Positions 26,538 to 36,761 of a stretch of 64,000 nt of DNA are shown here, piece after piece. The position numbers and the translations under genes were made by a program. The notes beneath the pieces were generated by a model that was not told where the DNA came from, did not search any database, and saw only the letters and a program-made list of their open reading frames with translations. Positions within the stretch are counted from its first letter, which is position 1. Every line of letters starts with the position of its first letter. Origin of the DNA: Alphaproteobacteria bacterium. Lineage in GTDB: Bacteria; Pseudomonadota; Alphaproteobacteria; G963923945. Location of the stretch: the NCBI GenBank assembly GCA_965199175.1, contig OZ240684.1, positions 1,058,337-1,122,336 on the forward strand, read 5' to 3'.

Positions 26538-27983
26538 ATGGAAAAACCCGAGTATTTACAGCAAGGAGAATCGGCCCGTTTATTTCCCGTCCTTTCAACA
26601 TCATCAAAGGAAAAACGACTCATATCAGTTTTTTTAGCCTGCTTGTCGAAAGTTGACGAATTTGGTCACTCGTTACTGGTATCCATTGGAAAAAAAGTCG
26701 GTAAACGTGGGTCGATTGTAACATATACGGAAGTTGTTTTTAAGAGTGATAACACGTTCAAAGACGACCGACCTGACGGCTTGATTGTCGTCAAAACCGG
26801 ATCACGGGAATGGCGCGCACTCGTGGAAGCCAAGGTCGGCGCAAACGCATTATGTGAGGAACAAACTGAGCGTTATCGTAGCCTTGCAAAGGAATACGGC
26901 GTTGATTGCCTGATAACGATCTCCAACCAATTCACTGCTTCTCCAAAGATACATCCCTTAGAGAGAATTCACAAAAAACGCTCAAAAATTCCGGTTTTTC
27001 ATTGGTCCTGGATGTCTATTCTGACGACTGTGGATATCTTGCTCAACAATCAGGATATTGCCGATACGGATCAATCTTTATTACTCAACGAATTTCGGCG
27101 TTTTTTAAGCCATGAAAGCAGCGGCGTCAGAGGGTTTAACCGCATGCCGGCCGCATGGTCTGATCTGAATCGTCTCATCTTAGCCAATGGCACAATACCG
27201 GCTAAGTCGCCAGAAGCGTATACTGTTCTTGAAGCATGGCACCAGGAAACCCGTAATCTGGCACTTATTCTCAGCCGGCAAACCGAGACATTCGTCATCG
27301 AAAAACTACCCCGTAAGCATATGAGGGATCCAAAAACCCGGCTAGAAAATGCGTTGAAACTGTTGCGGGAAAAAAATTATCTCTATTGCTGCATTGATAT
27401 CCCTGATAGCGCAGCACCGATTGAAATTCGTGCCAATATTGCGCGCCGCATATTGGAAGTTGGTATGACGATCTCTGCTCCAGAAGACAAAAAATCGTCC
27501 AAAGCTCGTGTTAACTGGTTAATCCGCCAGGTTAAATCCTCAAAGACCGAAGATATTCATATCCGGCTCAACTGGCCCGGAAGAAGCGAAATCACACAGT
27601 TTCCATTTTCAGAAATTTCTGCCGATCCATCAATCATTGAACAAGGAAAATCCGGCCTTCAGGTTGTCAGCTTCCATATCTATCTGGCAAAACCACTTGG
27701 GTCCCGGTTTGCGCAACAAACCAATTTCATTACTGATCTGGAAACATTGATCCCGCAATTTTACCGGGAAATCGGCCAAAATCTCACTGCCTGGCGCAAA
27801 CCACCCCCGCGTATCAGAGATAACGCAGAACATAACATGGGAAATAATCCAGAAACTGACATGGAAAATAGTGAAAATGGGACAAGTCAAAATGGCGCAA
27901 AAAGTACCTCCCTTGTCGATCATACTCAAAATGATTACACAAATAGATCTTTCAACCAGGAGGAAGCCGTTGCATCAGATTGA
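26538..27983 (+). CDS. Hypothetical protein with N-terminal PD-(D/E)XK nuclease-like motif set
   Basis: E11, RPDGLIVV and VEAKVG fit the E...PD...(D/E)xK arrangement within the first ~130 aa. About 350 aa of unassigned sequence follows. The gene is visibly more A+T-rich than its neighbours. Confidence 0.55.
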   Translation: MEKPEYLQQGESARLFPVLSTSSKEKRLISVFLACLSKVDEFGHSLLVSIGKKVGKRGSIVTYTEVVFKSDNTFKDDRPDGLIVVKTGSREWRALVEAKVGANALCEEQTERYRSLAKEYGVDCLITISNQFTASPKIHPLERIHKKRSKIPVFHWSWMSILTTVDILLNNQDIADTDQSLLLNEFRRFLSHESSGVRGFNRMPAAWSDLNRLILANGTIPAKSPEAYTVLEAWHQETRNLALILSRQTETFVIEKLPRKHMRDPKTRLENALKLLREKNYLYCCIDIPDSAAPIEIRANIARRILEVGMTISAPEDKKSSKARVNWLIRQVKSSKTEDIHIRLNWPGRSEITQFPFSEISADPSIIEQGKSGLQVVSFHIYLAKPLGSRFAQQTNFITDLETLIPQFYREIGQNLTAWRKPPPRIRDNAEHNMGNNPETDMENSENGTSQNGAKSTSLVDHTQNDYTNRSFNQEEAVASD

Positions 27984-28084
27984 TATCGCGAATAAAAATC
28001 CAGAACAGATCAACTGATATGGGTGATAAAAATACCCATGTCATACATCCTTCTATAAACACCATTGATGAAAGACGCATTCCC

Positions 28085-28615
28085 ATGCCTGGCCTTATTC
28101 TCCCCTATCTGGATCATATGCCCCGTCTGGCGGCCGATATCTTTATTGCCGATGGAGCGGTGGTCATTGGTGACGTGGAGCTGGGTGAAGGTGTCAATAT
28201 TTGGTTCAATGCGGTCTTGCGCGGTGATATGAACTCGATCCGGGTCGGGGCCAATAGCAATGTCCAGGATGGGGTGGTGGTCCATGTTCATTCCGATGGC
28301 TTGCCCACGACCATCGGTGCCAATGTCACCATCGGTCATCATGCCATTATCCATGCCTGTACCCTTGAAGACGGCTGCCTTATTGGTATGGGGGCGTGTG
28401 TTCTTGATGGTGCTGTTGTGGAAACCGGGGCTTTGGTCGCCGCCGGGGCTTTGGTCCCACCACGAAAAATCGTTAAAGCGGGTGAATTATGGGCCGGTAA
28501 TCCGGCTCAGTTCATGCGGCCAGTCAATGATGCCGAGCGGCACATACTCACCACAACGCCAGAAAAATATCGCGCATTGGCGCAGGAACACCGCCAGACC
28601 CACTCAGACCGGTGA
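28085..28615 (+). CDS. Gamma-class carbonic anhydrase family protein (left-handed beta-helix, YrdA/PaaY-like)
   Basis: Hexapeptide repeats and His ligands (HVHSDG...HHAIIH). Internal start at Met36 of the 27980 ORF. Confidence 0.8.
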   Translation: MPGLILPYLDHMPRLAADIFIADGAVVIGDVELGEGVNIWFNAVLRGDMNSIRVGANSNVQDGVVVHVHSDGLPTTIGANVTIGHHAIIHACTLEDGCLIGMGACVLDGAVVETGALVAAGALVPPRKIVKAGELWAGNPAQFMRPVNDAERHILTTTPEKYRALAQEHRQTHSDR

Positions 28616-28724
28616 TCGCTCCCGATACAAGAACACGCTCTATCTGACCAACAGATTCGATCAACCCGGACGCATCAGAGCATCAGAGCACCAACGCATC
28701 GCCCTCTCCAAAGGGTGGATATGA

Positions 28725-30557
28725 TCAAGCCTTTGATTGATCCAGAACATAGGATCCTGGTGCATCCTCAACAGGCTTGAGGACATCTCCTCCCGGTGAG
28801 CGGGGCGCAACAGAACCACCCGAAAATTCGGCAACCCATTCATTCCATTGCGGCCACCACGATCCTTCAGTCTGGGTGCTGGTCTCAAACCATGAATCCG
28901 GATCCTGAGGCTTGCTCTGATTATTCCAAAAACAATACTTCCCGGCTTCGGGCGGATTGATCACCCCGGCAATGTGACCAGAGCCGGCAAGAACAAAATT
29001 GACCGGACCTGAAAATTGACGCATGCCGGCATAAGTCGATTTCCAGGGAGCAATATGGTCATCATGGGTCGAAAGAAAATAACAGGGAATCTTGATCTTC
29101 CTCAGATCAATCGATTTGCCATTCAGCTTGATACCGCCCGGTTTAACCAGCTTGTTTTCCAAATAACAACTGCGCAGATAAAAGCTATGCATCGCCCTGG
29201 GCATACGGGTCGAATCGCCGTTCCAATACAATAAATCAAATGGGAAGGGATCTTTGCCGAGCAGATAGTTATTCACCACAAAAGACCAGATTAAATCATT
29301 GGCCCGTAACATGTTAAAAACATTGGCCATATCCTGGCCCTCAAGATAGCCGGCTTCCTCCATGCGCGATTCCAGTTTCTCAATCTGAGCTTCGTCAGTA
29401 AAAACGCCGAGTTCTCCCGGATCAGAAAAATCAAGCAACGTGGTCAGAAAAGTCGCGCTCTTGATTCGCTGGTCACGGGCAGCCGCCATATACGCCAATG
29501 TGCAACCGAGCAAAGTCCCGCCGATACAATAGCCAACTGCGTTGACATCTTTTTCGCCGGTTATTTTGATCACAGAATCCAGAGCCGCAAAAATGCCCTG
29601 AATCATATAATCTTCAAAATTCTTATCAGCCAGATCAGCCTGAGGATTAACCCATGAAATAATGAAAACAGTATGACCCTGGGCGACAGCCCATTTGACG
29701 AAAGACTTCCTGGTATTCAAATCAAGGATATAATATTTATTGATCCAGGGAGGAACAATCAGCAAAGGCCGCTTATTGACTTTTTCCGTTGTCGGTGTGT
29801 ATTGGATCAACTGCATCATCTCATTCTGGAAGACCACTTTTCCGGGAGTTACGGCGATATTTTCGCCGATTTTGAAGGCGGACCGGTCCGTCATGCTGAT
29901 ATTGAATCGACCATTCTTCTGATCGAGATCATCCAGCATATTGCGCAAACCTTTGACCAGATTTTCACCACGGGTCTCAACGGTTGCCTGCAAAACCTCC
30001 GGGTTGGTCAGCGCGAAATTACTCGGTGACATGGCGTCAATAAATTGGCGGGTAAAGAAATCCATCTTGCGTGCTGTTTGCGGATCAAGACCATCCACAT
30101 CACGCACTAAACCAGTCAGCCATTGAGATGTAAAAAGATACGATTGCTTGATATAATCAAAGACCGAATGATCATTCCAGTGATCATGCCGAAAACGTCG
30201 ATCAAGGGCATCGGCTGCAACGACTGGTTCTACCTTCTGGCCATCAAAACTTTTCGCTGCATTCTGCCAGATATTGGCGTATCCTTGCCATAAATTGAAG
30301 CCCGCTTCTGCCATTTTAGCCGGATCAGCAGCCATTTTGGTTGCCCATTGAAGAAAGGCATCTCCCAGATTAAACGGGTCTGCGTCAACCTTACCGTCAC
30401 CGCTTTGCGTACCGTGATGATGGTGAGCATTCTGCCCCAGAAATTGTCTGATCATTTCCTGACTTTTTTCAGCAGCCTCAGAGACAATCCGTGACATATC
30501 ATCGGATTGTGGAGGATGATCGGCAGATGGTCCGGGAGAACGGGTTGGATTGGTCAT
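28725..30557 (-). CDS. phaC: Class I poly(3-hydroxyalkanoate) synthase
   Basis: 610 aa alpha/beta-hydrolase with the lipase-box variant GYCIGG, conserved Asp and His, and a PhaC N-terminal domain. Confidence 0.9.
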   Translation of the reverse strand: MTNPTRSPGPSADHPPQSDDMSRIVSEAAEKSQEMIRQFLGQNAHHHHGTQSGDGKVDADPFNLGDAFLQWATKMAADPAKMAEAGFNLWQGYANIWQNAAKSFDGQKVEPVVAADALDRRFRHDHWNDHSVFDYIKQSYLFTSQWLTGLVRDVDGLDPQTARKMDFFTRQFIDAMSPSNFALTNPEVLQATVETRGENLVKGLRNMLDDLDQKNGRFNISMTDRSAFKIGENIAVTPGKVVFQNEMMQLIQYTPTTEKVNKRPLLIVPPWINKYYILDLNTRKSFVKWAVAQGHTVFIISWVNPQADLADKNFEDYMIQGIFAALDSVIKITGEKDVNAVGYCIGGTLLGCTLAYMAAARDQRIKSATFLTTLLDFSDPGELGVFTDEAQIEKLESRMEEAGYLEGQDMANVFNMLRANDLIWSFVVNNYLLGKDPFPFDLLYWNGDSTRMPRAMHSFYLRSCYLENKLVKPGGIKLNGKSIDLRKIKIPCYFLSTHDDHIAPWKSTYAGMRQFSGPVNFVLAGSGHIAGVINPPEAGKYCFWNNQSKPQDPDSWFETSTQTEGSWWPQWNEWVAEFSGGSVAPRSPGGDVLKPVEDAPGSYVLDQSKA

Positions 30558-31060
30558 AAGCTATCTCACTTGCAAAAAATGAAAAATATGCTGGTTGCTC
30601 TTTCGCTTTAAAGTTCTTTCTTAAGGTATTCTGAGATTTTTTGTCTTAAGGTTTTTGTTTCAGGAAACAAATGGGTTAAGGAAATGAATGGGTTAAGAAA
30701 ACGAATATATGTCGTTGCTCAGGCAAATATCCGACAATCTCATACCTGAAATTTAAATTTTTTAAAGAGCATCATCCAGTAAAACACAAGCCCGGTATTG
30801 GTCACAGGATAACGATTGAATATCTCTGTTAAGCCACCTCAGTCATCAGGTCAATTATGACTCTTTGCATGAAAACACAAAACATTCGATTGATCTTATC
30901 ATTTGGATTGATGCTTGAGAATTGGTAAAAAATAGGCTTTATTTTATAATATGATGGGTTCTGTGAAGTAAAATAATCACAAAAATAATAATCTGGAAAA
31001 ATGACAATGCATAAGCATAAAATGCATAAGCATAAAAACAGCATACGAAAAAAGAAACAA

Positions 31061-31990
31061 ATGTCTTCCAGATTGGTATTGTTTCCTGCCCGGAATGTGG
31101 CGGCTCTTTGGGCCATTTGTTCGGTTTTAAGTTTATCGGCCTGTGAATCGCTTAATCCATTGAACTGGTTTGGCGATGAAGAACACGAATCACCTTATGC
31201 GGGACAAGAAGCCCCTGGCAGTGACCAGGACTACCCGGATGTTTCTTCAGTTCCCGCACGCCCTGCCGAAGGATTGATTGCTGATACCCGTGATCGCCTT
31301 TATGAAGAAGACGAAAAACAGCAAGAGCAAAACCGCCAGGAAACCGGGATCGAACAGGAAACCGCGCTCGAAGACGCATCGCTTACAGCTTCCGGGGCAC
31401 TCTTATCTTCCGCTGAACCGACACCCGCACCGGTTCAGCCAGTTATTGCCGATACCGTTGCCCCACTATCCGCACCGCCAGCACCTTTTGACATAGATGC
31501 TCCTTCTCAGCAGGTGACCCCGGAGCCGATTGCTGAAACCACTATGGATGCCTCCTCCATGGATGAACCTATCCGTGATGAAACCATCATCACCCAATGG
31601 GCCGCCCCCACACCAAAACCAGAGCAACGTTTTGTTTCCATGAAAATGGGAACTCTCTTTTTCCCTTTTGGATCATCTTATATTTCTCTGGATGATCGCC
31701 GCCATATCAAGAAAGTGGTTGACCTGGCCAATCAGAAAAATGCCCGTTTGCGGGTTGTCGGTCACGCCAGCAGCTTTACCAATGATATGCCGCTTCTGGA
31801 TCATCAACTTGCCAATTTTTCAGTATCTCTGGAGCGTGCCCAGGCTATTGCCAACCTGATTTTAGCCAATGGCTTTGACAGTGACCGGTTATCTGTTCGC
31901 GCCCTTTCGGATTCTGCCCCCCTTTTTCTGGAAGTCATGCCAGCCGGACAACGGGGGAATCAGCGTGCTGAAATTCATATGGAGTATTGA
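31061..31990 (+). CDS. OmpA-family lipoprotein (C-terminal OmpA-like peptidoglycan-binding domain)
   Basis: Lipobox LSLSAC, acidic Pro-rich linker, then OmpA-like C-terminus (RLRVVGHASS...NRRAEIHME). The ORF track starts at 31001 inside a 15-bp tandem repeat (atgcataagcataaa x2). Confidence 0.75.
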   Translation: MSSRLVLFPARNVAALWAICSVLSLSACESLNPLNWFGDEEHESPYAGQEAPGSDQDYPDVSSVPARPAEGLIADTRDRLYEEDEKQQEQNRQETGIEQETALEDASLTASGALLSSAEPTPAPVQPVIADTVAPLSAPPAPFDIDAPSQQVTPEPIAETTMDASSMDEPIRDETIITQWAAPTPKPEQRFVSMKMGTLFFPFGSSYISLDDRRHIKKVVDLANQKNARLRVVGHASSFTNDMPLLDHQLANFSVSLERAQAIANLILANGFDSDRLSVRALSDSAPLFLEVMPAGQRGNQRAEIHMEY

Positions 31991-32102
31991 TCCGATATTC
32001 AGTATTGATGGCTGATATATCCGCAAGGATTGAGAAGAATCATTTGATTTCTTCGTTGAAATTTCCCCGGGACGTTTTCTCTGAGTATTCTCGATTTTTG
32101 GT

Positions 32103-33383
32103 ATGTCTGATCATCCGTTCTCCCGCTTACAGCGTTTGCCGCCTTATGTCTTCTCAAAAGTCAACGCCATGAAGGCAGCCGCCCGGGCAGCTGGTGAAGA
32201 TATTATTGATTTCGGCATGGGCAATCCTGACAGTCCAACCCCGCCTCATATCCTTTCCAAACTGGCTGAGGCTGCACAGGATCCCAAGACTCATCGCTAC
32301 TCTAATTCCCGGGGTATTCCGGGTTTACGCAAGGCTTTGGCGGGTTATTATCAACGCCGCTTTGATGTTGATCTGAACCCTGAAACAGAATGTATTGTCA
32401 CCATTGGTTCTAAAGAAGGTCTTTCCAACCTCGCCCAGGCAATCAGCGGACCAGGGGATGTTTTTCTTGCTCCTGATCCCAGCTATCCCATTCATGCTTT
32501 TGGCTTTATTATTGCCGGGGCAGCCATCCATTCGGTTCCCATCGGATCTCAGCATGATTTCGTGACAGGGCTGAGTCTGGCTGTGAAAAACACCGTGCCA
32601 AAACCCCTGGGAGTGATTGTTAATTTTCCCGCTAATCCGACTGCGGAAATGGCTGATCTGGATTTTTACCAAGCCATTGTTGATTTTTGCCGGTACCATG
32701 ATCTGATTTTAATTTCCGATAATGCGTATGCTGAAATTTATTTTGGCGATCCCCCGCCTTCGATATTGCAGGTTAAAGGCGCAAAAGATTACGCTGTTGA
32801 ATTTTATTCAATGTCTAAAACATATTCGATGCCGGGGTGGAGAGTCGGTTTTGCCGCCGGTAATCCCCGCTTGATTGAAGCCCTTGCCCGCATAAAATCC
32901 TATGTTGATTATGGGATTTTTACCCCTATTCAGGTTGCTGCGGCAGCGGCACTCAATGGAGATCAGAGTTGCGTCAATGATATCCGTATTCTCTATCGCC
33001 GCCGCCGTGATATTCTGGTTGATGGATTAAATGCTCTGGGCTGGCCGGTTACTAAGCCGTTGGGGACTATGTTTGTCTGGGCTCCTGTTCCGCCGGCTTT
33101 TGCAGCCCTGGGATCGGTGGAATTTTCCAAATTACTGTTGCGTGAAGCAAAAGTTGCCGTGGCTCCGGGGCTGGGTTTTGGGACTTATGGTGATGATCAT
33201 GTTCGTTTTGCCCTGGTTGAAAACCGGGAACGTATCCGTCAGGCCTTACGGGGAATCAAAGCCATGTTCAAAAAATACGCTGCGGCTCAAACCGATTCCC
33301 CTCCATCATCTGACCTCAATACCCAGGCACTCAGCCAATCGCTTGTTCCGGATAGCCCAAAACAACACAGTGCCAATCTTTGA
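32103..33383 (+). CDS. alaC: PLP-dependent aminotransferase class I, AlaC (YfdZ)-like alanine transaminase
   Basis: High similarity to E. coli AlaC along its whole length (RLPPYVF...GEDIIDFGMGNPD...SKTYSMPGWRVGF...ARIKSYVDYG). Confidence 0.8.
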   Translation: MSDHPFSRLQRLPPYVFSKVNAMKAAARAAGEDIIDFGMGNPDSPTPPHILSKLAEAAQDPKTHRYSNSRGIPGLRKALAGYYQRRFDVDLNPETECIVTIGSKEGLSNLAQAISGPGDVFLAPDPSYPIHAFGFIIAGAAIHSVPIGSQHDFVTGLSLAVKNTVPKPLGVIVNFPANPTAEMADLDFYQAIVDFCRYHDLILISDNAYAEIYFGDPPPSILQVKGAKDYAVEFYSMSKTYSMPGWRVGFAAGNPRLIEALARIKSYVDYGIFTPIQVAAAAALNGDQSCVNDIRILYRRRRDILVDGLNALGWPVTKPLGTMFVWAPVPPAFAALGSVEFSKLLLREAKVAVAPGLGFGTYGDDHVRFALVENRERIRQALRGIKAMFKKYAAAQTDSPPSSDLNTQALSQSLVPDSPKQHSANL

Positions 33384-33413
33384 TTCCTGGTGCCGGTTTG
33401 ATGGATAATACGC

Positions 33414-34718
33414 ATGAATAAGCCATTCACGATTGCCCTTGCCGGTCTTGGCACAGTTGGCAGCGGGACCACCCGCATCCTCCTGGATAAAGCTGAGTGG
33501 CTGGCTGCGCGCTGTGGGCGTGCGTTACGTATCGTCGCCTGGTCGGATTTGGATCGTAACGGCAATCGTGATGGTTTTGATCTTTCGGCGGTTCCCTGGT
33601 TTGAGGATGCCATCCAGATGGCCACTCAGGTGGAGGCTGATGCGGTGGTCGAGTTGATCGGAGGAGCACAAGGCATTGCCAAGAATGTCTGCGAAGCCGC
33701 CATTGCCCATGGTCGCCATGTCGTCACTGCCAATAAAGCATTGCTTGCCCATCATGGTCTCGATTTAGCCAGAGCTGCTGAAGAAAAAGGGGTTTGTCTG
33801 GCATTTGAAGCCGCTATTGCCGGCGGGATTCCGATTGTAAAATCGCTGCGTGAAGGTCTGGTTGCCAATCGTTGCCACCGGGTTGTCGGTATCCTCAACG
33901 GGACCTGTAATTATATTCTCACCGAAATGTCCCGGACCGGGCGTCCTTTTGCCGATATCCTGAAGGAAAGTCAGGAACTTGGCTATGCCGAAGCCGATCC
34001 TGGCTTTGATATTGATGGTGTTGATAGTGCCCATAAACTGGCTTTGCTGGCGGCACTTGCTTTTGGCCGTTGCGTTGATTTTGGATCAGTCCATATTGAG
34101 GGAATTCGATCCATTACCCCTACGGATATTACCCATGCTGAGGAGCTTGGTTTTCAAGTGAAGCTGCTTGGGATCACCAAAGAGCAAGATGGTCAGATTG
34201 AACAACGGGTCCATCCGTGTCTGATCCCTCAGGACAGTGATATTGCCCGGGTTGCAGGGGTCGAAAATGGCATCCAGGTTGGAAGCGACTCAGTTGGCCC
34301 AACCTTTTACCAGGGGGCCGGAGCAGGCGGTCTGGCTACCGGTTCGGCTGTTGTTGCTGATCTGGCAGATCTGGCGCGTGGTTTGGTATGCCCGGCTTTT
34401 TCTCTCCCTGTCACCGCTCTGGAGCCATTGCTCCCGGCCCCGATATCCCAACGCCACGGGGCTGCTTATCTTCGTTTCATGGCCCAGGATCAACCCGGCG
34501 TGGTCGCCCGGATTGCCCATTGTCTTTCTGAGCGTTCGATTTCAATGGAAACCGTCATCCAGCATGGCCAGAAAGATCACAACGGGTTGGTCCCTGTGAT
34601 CATTGTCACCCATGCCTGCCTCGAGGCCGATCTCTGTGCAGCTTTAGAAACCACCGCTGCTATTCCGGAAATTGCCGAAAACCCTCTGATGATTCGTATC
34701 GAGTCCTTCGAAGACTGA
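33414..34718 (+). CDS. hom: Homoserine dehydrogenase
   Basis: N-terminal NAD-binding GLGTVG, catalytic domain, and C-terminal ACT domain. Confidence 0.9.
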   Translation: MNKPFTIALAGLGTVGSGTTRILLDKAEWLAARCGRALRIVAWSDLDRNGNRDGFDLSAVPWFEDAIQMATQVEADAVVELIGGAQGIAKNVCEAAIAHGRHVVTANKALLAHHGLDLARAAEEKGVCLAFEAAIAGGIPIVKSLREGLVANRCHRVVGILNGTCNYILTEMSRTGRPFADILKESQELGYAEADPGFDIDGVDSAHKLALLAALAFGRCVDFGSVHIEGIRSITPTDITHAEELGFQVKLLGITKEQDGQIEQRVHPCLIPQDSDIARVAGVENGIQVGSDSVGPTFYQGAGAGGLATGSAVVADLADLARGLVCPAFSLPVTALEPLLPAPISQRHGAAYLRFMAQDQPGVVARIAHCLSERSISMETVIQHGQKDHNGLVPVIIVTHACLEADLCAALETTAAIPEIAENPLMIRIESFED

Positions 34719-35074
34719 TTCTGCTCAATTTTCATTATTCCGCTCACAACCAGAATACTCTTAAGAAAACCAGTTGAACCATGGTCTCATGATGCTGTAG
34801 GGCAGAATATATGCCATAAATCTGACCTAAACCCGACCATCTCTTGAAAAAAATCAGGGTTTACGACTATAAGTCCCGGGTGATTGTAATCCGGATCGGT
34901 TATAGGAAGCAAAACAGGAAATAATCCAAAATAGGAAATAATCACTGTCAATGACGAATCACTGTAAACCCGGTTCTTATAGCCCGTTGGTGCATCATTA
35001 TAACAGATAAGGAAAAACACAGAATAATCACTGTAAACTCAGGTCTTACAGACCATTGACGGATCAATCATAAA

Positions 35075-35148
35075 GGTGCGGTGGCAGAGTGGCTATGCAG
35101 CGGATTGCAAATCCGTGTACGCCGGTTCGATTCCGGCCCGTACCTCCA
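35075..35148 (+). tRNA. tRNA-Cys (GCA)
   Basis: 74-nt cloverleaf with anticodon loop GATTGCAAATC, discriminator U73 and a CCA end. Confidence 0.9.
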
Positions 35149-35382
35149 TGATGTTCTTTTTGTCAATCACAGAATGATCCCGAATATGTCTCAGACCAAA
35201 ACCGAACCACCAGATACGCTTGCCCGTCGAGTGCTCTCAGGGTGTTCATCAATATAAAAGCCATGTACTGCCTCTCAACGGCTTTTATATCAACGTCTTT
35301 TACGTCAATTTTGGAAATTCTTGTTTGTTACACAATCTGCTATAGAGTAAGTTTAATAGAATCGATTGGTTTGACTGATTTT

Positions 35383-35458
35383 TCCGGCGTAGCTCAGTTG
35401 GTAGAGCAAGCGGCTGTTAACCGCTGGGTCACAGGTTCGAGTCCTGTCGCCGGAGCCA
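35383..35458 (+). tRNA. tRNA-Asn (GTT)
   Basis: 76 nt with TAGCTCAGTTGGTAGAGC D-arm, anticodon loop GGCTGTTAACCGC, T-arm GGTTCGAGTCC, and a CCA end. Confidence 0.9.
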
Positions 35459-35480
35459 TCCCTTTATCAGCGACCAATTT

Positions 35481-35509
35481 CTCCAGGCCAGTCTGTTCTG
35501 GAGTCTTTT
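35481..35509 (+). terminator. Putative intrinsic terminator downstream of tRNA-Asn
   Basis: ctccag-N11-ctggag hairpin followed by tctttt. Confidence 0.35.
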
Positions 35510-35593
35510 AGTACCGGTAGTTGTTCGTCTTGAAAAAATTCGGGAAGTCATTCAACATCAGAAGAAACCTGAAAAAAAAGCACGGGGGCATGT

Positions 35594-36739
35594 ATGAGCA
35601 ATTCAGCGATCATTGACCAGGAACAAAATGTCCTGAACCGTTATGCCGGGGCCGCCCAGAAACCGGAACAGGCACTCTGTTGCCCGGTCGATTATGATCC
35701 CCGTTATCTGGAGGTTTTGCCTCAGGAAATTCTGGAAAAAGATTATGGCTGTGGTGATCCCTCCCGCTATGTCCAGCCAGGAGAAACCATTCTTGATCTG
35801 GGATCTGGTGGTGGAAAAATTTGCTACATCGCTTCCCAGATTGTTGGCAGGGATGGGCATATCATCGGGGTTGATTTTAACCCGGATATGCTGAATTTAG
35901 CTCGTAGTCACCACAAGGCGATTGCCGGAAAAATTGGCTGGGATAATGTCACCTTTCATCGTGCGAAAATTCAGGATCTCAAAACAGATATTGATGCGGT
36001 GGTGCATTACCTGGCCGCCAATCCGGTAAGCGGGTTGGATGGTCTGGCGGCCTATGAAACTTTTTTATCCGATTTACGTGCACAGCCTCTGATTGCTGAC
36101 AATAGTATTGATTGCGTCTTATCCAACTGTGTCCTCAACCTGGTGCGGCCGGAAGATAAGGGCCATTTGTTTCGCGAGATTTACCGGGTTTTGAAATCCG
36201 GAGGACGGGCCGCCATATCGGACATTGTTTGTGATGAACCGGTCCCGGATCATTTGCGCGCTGACCCGGATCTCTGGTCGGGCTGCATTTCAGGAGCGTA
36301 TCAGGAACGTGATTTTCTCACTGCCTTTGAGGAAACCGGCTTTCATGGGATTGAGATTGTAGAGCGGGCCTCTCAACCCTGGCAGGTCATTGAGGGTATT
36401 GAATTCCGCTCCATGACTGTGGTCGCCCATAAAGGAAAAGAAGGTCCCTGTTTTGATCATAAGCATGCGGTCATTTATAAAGGACCCTGGCGCAGGGTGA
36501 CCGATGATGATGGCCATACCCTGGAGCGCGGGGAGCGTATGGCTGTATGCGAAAAGACCTTCCGCCTGTATACCTCACCCCCTTACGCTGGTCAGCTGGT
36601 GGGTGTTGAGCCTTTGGTCGGGGTAACCGCAGAACAAGCACCCCCCTTTGACTGTAGCAGAGATACACGCCGTCACCCCAGGGAAAGCAAAGGGGAGGAT
36701 TATACTGTCACCCTGGAACCCTCAGAAAGCTGCTGTTAA
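35594..36739 (+). CDS. arsM: SAM-dependent methyltransferase, arsenite methyltransferase (ArsM/AS3MT)-like, with ~100-aa C-terminal extension
   Basis: SAM motif ILDLGSGGG. Cys residues at ArsM-like positions (CCPVDYDP, DYGCGD, SNCVLN, SGCISG). Confidence 0.65.
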   Translation: MSNSAIIDQEQNVLNRYAGAAQKPEQALCCPVDYDPRYLEVLPQEILEKDYGCGDPSRYVQPGETILDLGSGGGKICYIASQIVGRDGHIIGVDFNPDMLNLARSHHKAIAGKIGWDNVTFHRAKIQDLKTDIDAVVHYLAANPVSGLDGLAAYETFLSDLRAQPLIADNSIDCVLSNCVLNLVRPEDKGHLFREIYRVLKSGGRAAISDIVCDEPVPDHLRADPDLWSGCISGAYQERDFLTAFEETGFHGIEIVERASQPWQVIEGIEFRSMTVVAHKGKEGPCFDHKHAVIYKGPWRRVTDDDGHTLERGERMAVCEKTFRLYTSPPYAGQLVGVEPLVGVTAEQAPPFDCSRDTRRHPRESKGEDYTVTLEPSESCC

Positions 36740-36761
36740 TCCCCTCTCAGCAGATACCTTT

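Noticed and set aside
34787-35020. 77-aa minus-strand ORF upstream of tRNA-Cys
   Set aside because: It lies in an A+T-rich intergenic region with direct repeats and has no RBS or homology signal. It is likely a promoter or leader region for the tRNA genes.
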